Shown here in pieces: positions 16,672-17,656 of a stretch of DNA of 17,656 nt. This DNA is from Promethearchaeota archaeon (lineage in GTDB: Archaea; Asgardarchaeota; Lokiarchaeia; Sigyniarchaeales; SOKP01). Each line of letters begins with the position of its first letter. Within the stretch, counting starts at the first letter, position 1. Below the pieces are notes generated by a model. The model searched no databases. It saw only the letters and a list, made by a program, of their open reading frames with translations, and was not told where the DNA came from. The position numbers and the translations under genes were made by a program. The DNA lies in the NCBI GenBank assembly GCA_016926735.1, contig JAFGOA010000216.1, forward strand, positions 1 to 17,656. Reading direction: 5' to 3'.

Positions 16672-17526
16672 TCAGAGGAAATCATTTAAAGGTTTACTTA
16701 AGTTATAATAATATTTATAAAGGGAGTCAAAAAATTCTTGTAATTTTGGTTGATCATTAATAATGAAATAATTATGATAATCAATGTCACCATCTTTTAT
16801 CAGAGAAAAGATTAAAATTTCATTAATTTTTAGAATCGTAAATTGAAAAAAATTCCTATCATATATCCTTATTTTTTCTTTTATATTGTATTGATTTTCA
16901 AATAGATCTAATATTTTATTATTCCCCTTAAAAAATTGTAAAATTGTTTTATCTGTGACAATTTGTAATTTAAAATTTTTCAATTCATTAGGAATGTCAC
17001 CATCTAAAAAATCAAAATCATCATAAAACATTTTAAAAAGTTTATATTCAAAATTAAAATCCCACCATCCTATTAATCCTAATTGAAAAGTTGAGTTTTT
17101 TGAAGTGTCTTTAATTTTTTTAAATATATTATTGATATTGGCTATAAAATCAAAAGAACTCTGATTAGTATTAATATTTTGAAAATAGGGCAAGTAATCA
17201 TATAATAATTTTGAAGGTATTGATTCTGAATTAATTTTACCAAATATATTATTAAAATTACTTAATATTTCAAATCTATTTAGACTATTAAGTATATAAC
17301 TTCCTAAATTAGTGAGAGAAAAGTATTTATTCTCCTTTTTTATTAAATTTATTTTTTTTAATTTATTTAGATTGTCTTGTACAGTTGAAATCGCTTCATC
17401 AATCAACTTAGATGTTTCAGTTAAATTGTATGAATTATTTTTATATAACTTTAATATTTTTAATGTTAATGGGGAAGAAATAATATGTAATAAATTTTGA
17501 AAATCATAATTATGATTTTGAATCAT
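16672..17526 (-). CDS. ArsR-like winged-helix transcriptional regulator with a large C-terminal domain
   Basis: ISSP.TLKIL.L......L.E.SK.I....STV...LNKL...NLI.K....F.LT.LG wHTH signature. Confidence 0.75.
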   Translation of the reverse strand: MIQNHNYDFQNLLHIISSPLTLKILKLYKNNSYNLTETSKLIDEAISTVQDNLNKLKKINLIKKENKYFSLTNLGSYILNSLNRFEILSNFNNIFGKINSESIPSKLLYDYLPYFQNINTNQSSFDFIANINNIFKKIKDTSKNSTFQLGLIGWWDFNFEYKLFKMFYDDFDFLDGDIPNELKNFKLQIVTDKTILQFFKGNNKILDLFENQYNIKEKIRIYDRNFFQFTILKINEILIFSLIKDGDIDYHNYFIINDQPKLQEFFDSLYKYYYNLSKPLNDFL

Positions 17527-17656
17527 AATATCTAAAAAATTTTATGAGCAAAAAATATTTACGGTGAGATTGGAATTTCCCTTTTTTCTGGAAAATACAG
17601 TTATGTTGAATTTATTATCATTAAAGGCTATTCCGATTATTAGATTGATTTAATCC

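Noticed and set aside
5269-17500. Antisense ORFs 5269..5454, 9703..9888, 10905..11306, 15169..15570, 15894..16124 and 17312..17500
   Set aside because: Shadow ORFs opposite longer genes with recognisable domains.
1-17656. CRISPR array or rRNA gene
   Set aside because: No regularly spaced repeats, cas genes or rRNA-like sequence recognised.

Overview
AT-rich archaeal window, most likely Asgard (Lokiarchaeia-like). This is inferred from a Rab-like small GTPase, a tRNA with bulge-helix-bulge (BHB) introns, AGGTGA-type Shine-Dalgarno sites and lineage-style hypothetical proteins. In order it holds: a membrane zinc-ribbon protein; a two-repeat helical protein; a GyrI-like/PadR pair with a tandem palindromic operator; an orphan 131-nt structured element closed by a perfect 14-bp stem; an RHH-like regulator; a cobalamin-type radical SAM gene with no canonical in-frame start; a GNAT; a tandem array of five intron-less long-variable-arm tRNAs (Leu TAG, TAA, CAA; Ser TGA, GCT); a divergent tRNA-Pro(GGG) with two introns; an atypical Rab-like GTPase; a 1222-aa single-pass GH9-CBM3-(FN3)4 surface protein followed by a winged-helix regulator; a flavodoxin; a membrane HisKA protein without an ATPase domain; and two more wHTH proteins. 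The best candidate for an undescribed system is the GH9 protein. Its catalytic motifs are substituted (DAGD to NDGG, NEVA to TGVA), it keeps glycan-binding features and an ~111-aa cytoplasmic tail, and it lies 29 nt upstream of a transcription factor, which suggests a pseudo-cellulase glycan receptor plus regulator module. All protein family calls are by motif recognition; no database search was run.
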